A stretch of DNA of 64,000 nt from Octopus sinensis. Its lineage: Eukaryota. The notes beneath the pieces are model-generated. The model saw nothing but the letters and a program-made list of their open reading frames with translations. It was not told the DNA's origin and ran no database searches. The DNA lies in NCBI RefSeq assembly GCF_006345805.1, contig NW_021836129.1:186001-250000 (forward strand), given 5' to 3'. Below are positions 62,328 through 64,000 of the stretch, in pieces. Made by a program: the position numbers and the translations under genes. The first letter of the stretch is position 1, and every line of letters starts with the position of its first letter.

Positions 62328-64000
62328 AATATTTTCTTATTTTTTCGATCTCCACTTGCTGTAAGTTTTGGGAAGATGTTATCCCAATTTCCACCAACAA
62401 AATTTGATTCCTTATCTTGTTGAAAATAAATCGGGCTTGTTATGTTCCACGACGCTGTCGGTCTTTATAAATATGTTCACTCTGATTTCAACCTTCTCAT
62501 TCGACGATACAGATTCTATGTAAGTGGATTTAAAGGATTAATTTGTGGTGTAATTTTTTTAATGATTAAATTATTTGAAAATTCATCATTTTGTAATATT
62601 TTTTGAGTTTATTCCAATAATTTGGTTTTTTATTATTTTAAAATTTCTTAACAATGTTATTTTATTTGTCATCCTTATTGTCATCCAGAGTGTCAGAACA
62701 TTTAACAAGAGGATAAAATCTAAATATTTATCAAATTGTGATATTTGGATTTGAAATTATTATTAACAAGGAAACAAGTAACTAATAAATATGAATGCAG
62801 TTCTTATCCCCGGTCCAGTTGTTTTTTTATGAAAATACAAAAATAGAAATATCGCCATGGTACTTTACAAGTGTGCTGCGCATCCAAAAGATGTCTGAGA
62901 TTTATAAAAATGCGTGATGCCATTCCTGCATTCTATAATTCTACTGAAATTGACGTGGTAATTTTTGAAAACATGTTAACTGAAAATGTTTTGATTCCTT
63001 TGAAGGAGCTAGGATTTTTTCTTTTCCCAATAACCATCAATGTGTGTTGTCAGAACCTGTCATGATTCAGGATATCATTATAGTTATTCTATCCTTCATT
63101 TTATTACTTCCAATCGGCATTTCATTATTAAATGCTAATGTCCAATAGGGTGGACCTTGGAATGATAATTTTTCTGATGTATAATCTTTTCAACAAATTT
63201 TTAAATTTACATTGACACCAGTATTCAGCAGCGTTTATAACTGAATCTTTTTCTCCCCATAAATGCGTTTAAATGATGTGTTGTTTCTTTCTTTTTAAAA
63301 CTGAAGTCAGCCTGAAATAGGAATAAAGTCATCCATTTTCATATTTTTAGCAAAGCTAGTAGCTTTGTAAGTTAGAATGTGACTATTTATTGGTACATTT
63401 TGGGTCCTGGTTTGAAAAAAAGAGACAGACATTGCAGTTTCTACGTTTTTTGCGACTCAAAATGCTGCAATTAAATCCATCCAATAAAATAATTTCTTCT
63501 CTAATCTTAAATATCCGTGAATCTTGAGATACTTGAATCTTAAAAATAAAGCTAACTGAGTTTGAATTCCTTGAATAAACAAATTGAATATTTCCAATTT
63601 CTGAGAAAGTGTAAAATGACATGTGTAATAATAATTAAATTTTAAAATTATAAATTATAATTATGCGAAAATAGTAATTGCTCGTGATGAAAGTATTCAA
63701 TTAACCGATATGCAATTAACCTACATATTTTAAATGGAAAGCATATGGCATTAACCGATTTTTCAAAGATTATTTTAATAATCACTTTTATGATCGCCAG
63801 GGGTTTAAACGCAATGAGATTATTTATATGATCGCCATCTATTTTTTCAGGATACTGATACCCATTAAGAAGTAGACAAGGAGGTTTAAATGTTGTATTG
63901 TAGATGATCGTATTATATCTGAATACCATTGTTCCAGAAATAGCCGATATTTTTTAAAGATTCACTCGTTGAAGACAATTTTTTCATAGAATGATTATTT
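62328..64000 (+). repeat. Segmental duplication, copy 2 (R4 RLE scrap plus pogo remnant plus unknown ORF); runs off the window end
   Basis: Direct match to 37745..39890 with scattered substitutions and internal deletions. Confidence 0.92.

Noticed and set aside
1-64000. Microsporidian or bacterial origin suggested by the TE families and IS-like transposases
   Set aside because: Intron-rich NFAT5, CNG, cathepsin L and axonemal dynein genes indicate an animal; Merlin and Tc1 are the eukaryotic relatives of IS1016 and IS630.

Overview
This is AT-rich, compact eukaryotic DNA from a metazoan, most likely a reduced parasite. Myxozoa is my best inference, but dicyemids and orthonectids are not excluded. 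I reconstructed the host genes by hand; most of their spliceosomal introns are tiny (22-34 nt). Apparently intact genes are a CNG channel beta-type subunit, an NFAT5-like Rel-homology factor, an HSPBAP1-like JmjC protein, a Rubicon-homology-domain protein, an orphan secreted protein and tRNA-Thr(AGT). Damaged genes are a cathepsin L-like gene (two -1 frameshifts), an axonemal dynein heavy chain (DNAH7-like) pseudogene and a calcyphosin-like pseudogene. Most of the remainder is decayed transposons: R4/Dong-like, CRE-like and APE-type LINEs, plus Ginger-like, Merlin, pogo/Tigger, hAT and Tc1/IS630 DNA elements. The standout is an endogenous rhabdovirus-like locus at about 57.7-60.4 kb. It holds a nearly intact ~320-codon L-polymerase fragment fused directly to a LINE 3' end, and upstream in the same orientation a probable glycoprotein N-terminal fragment. 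Both sit in a block where essentially all repeat fragments lie on one strand. All family assignments come from motif recognition by eye; no searches were run. TE boundaries without TIRs are approximate.
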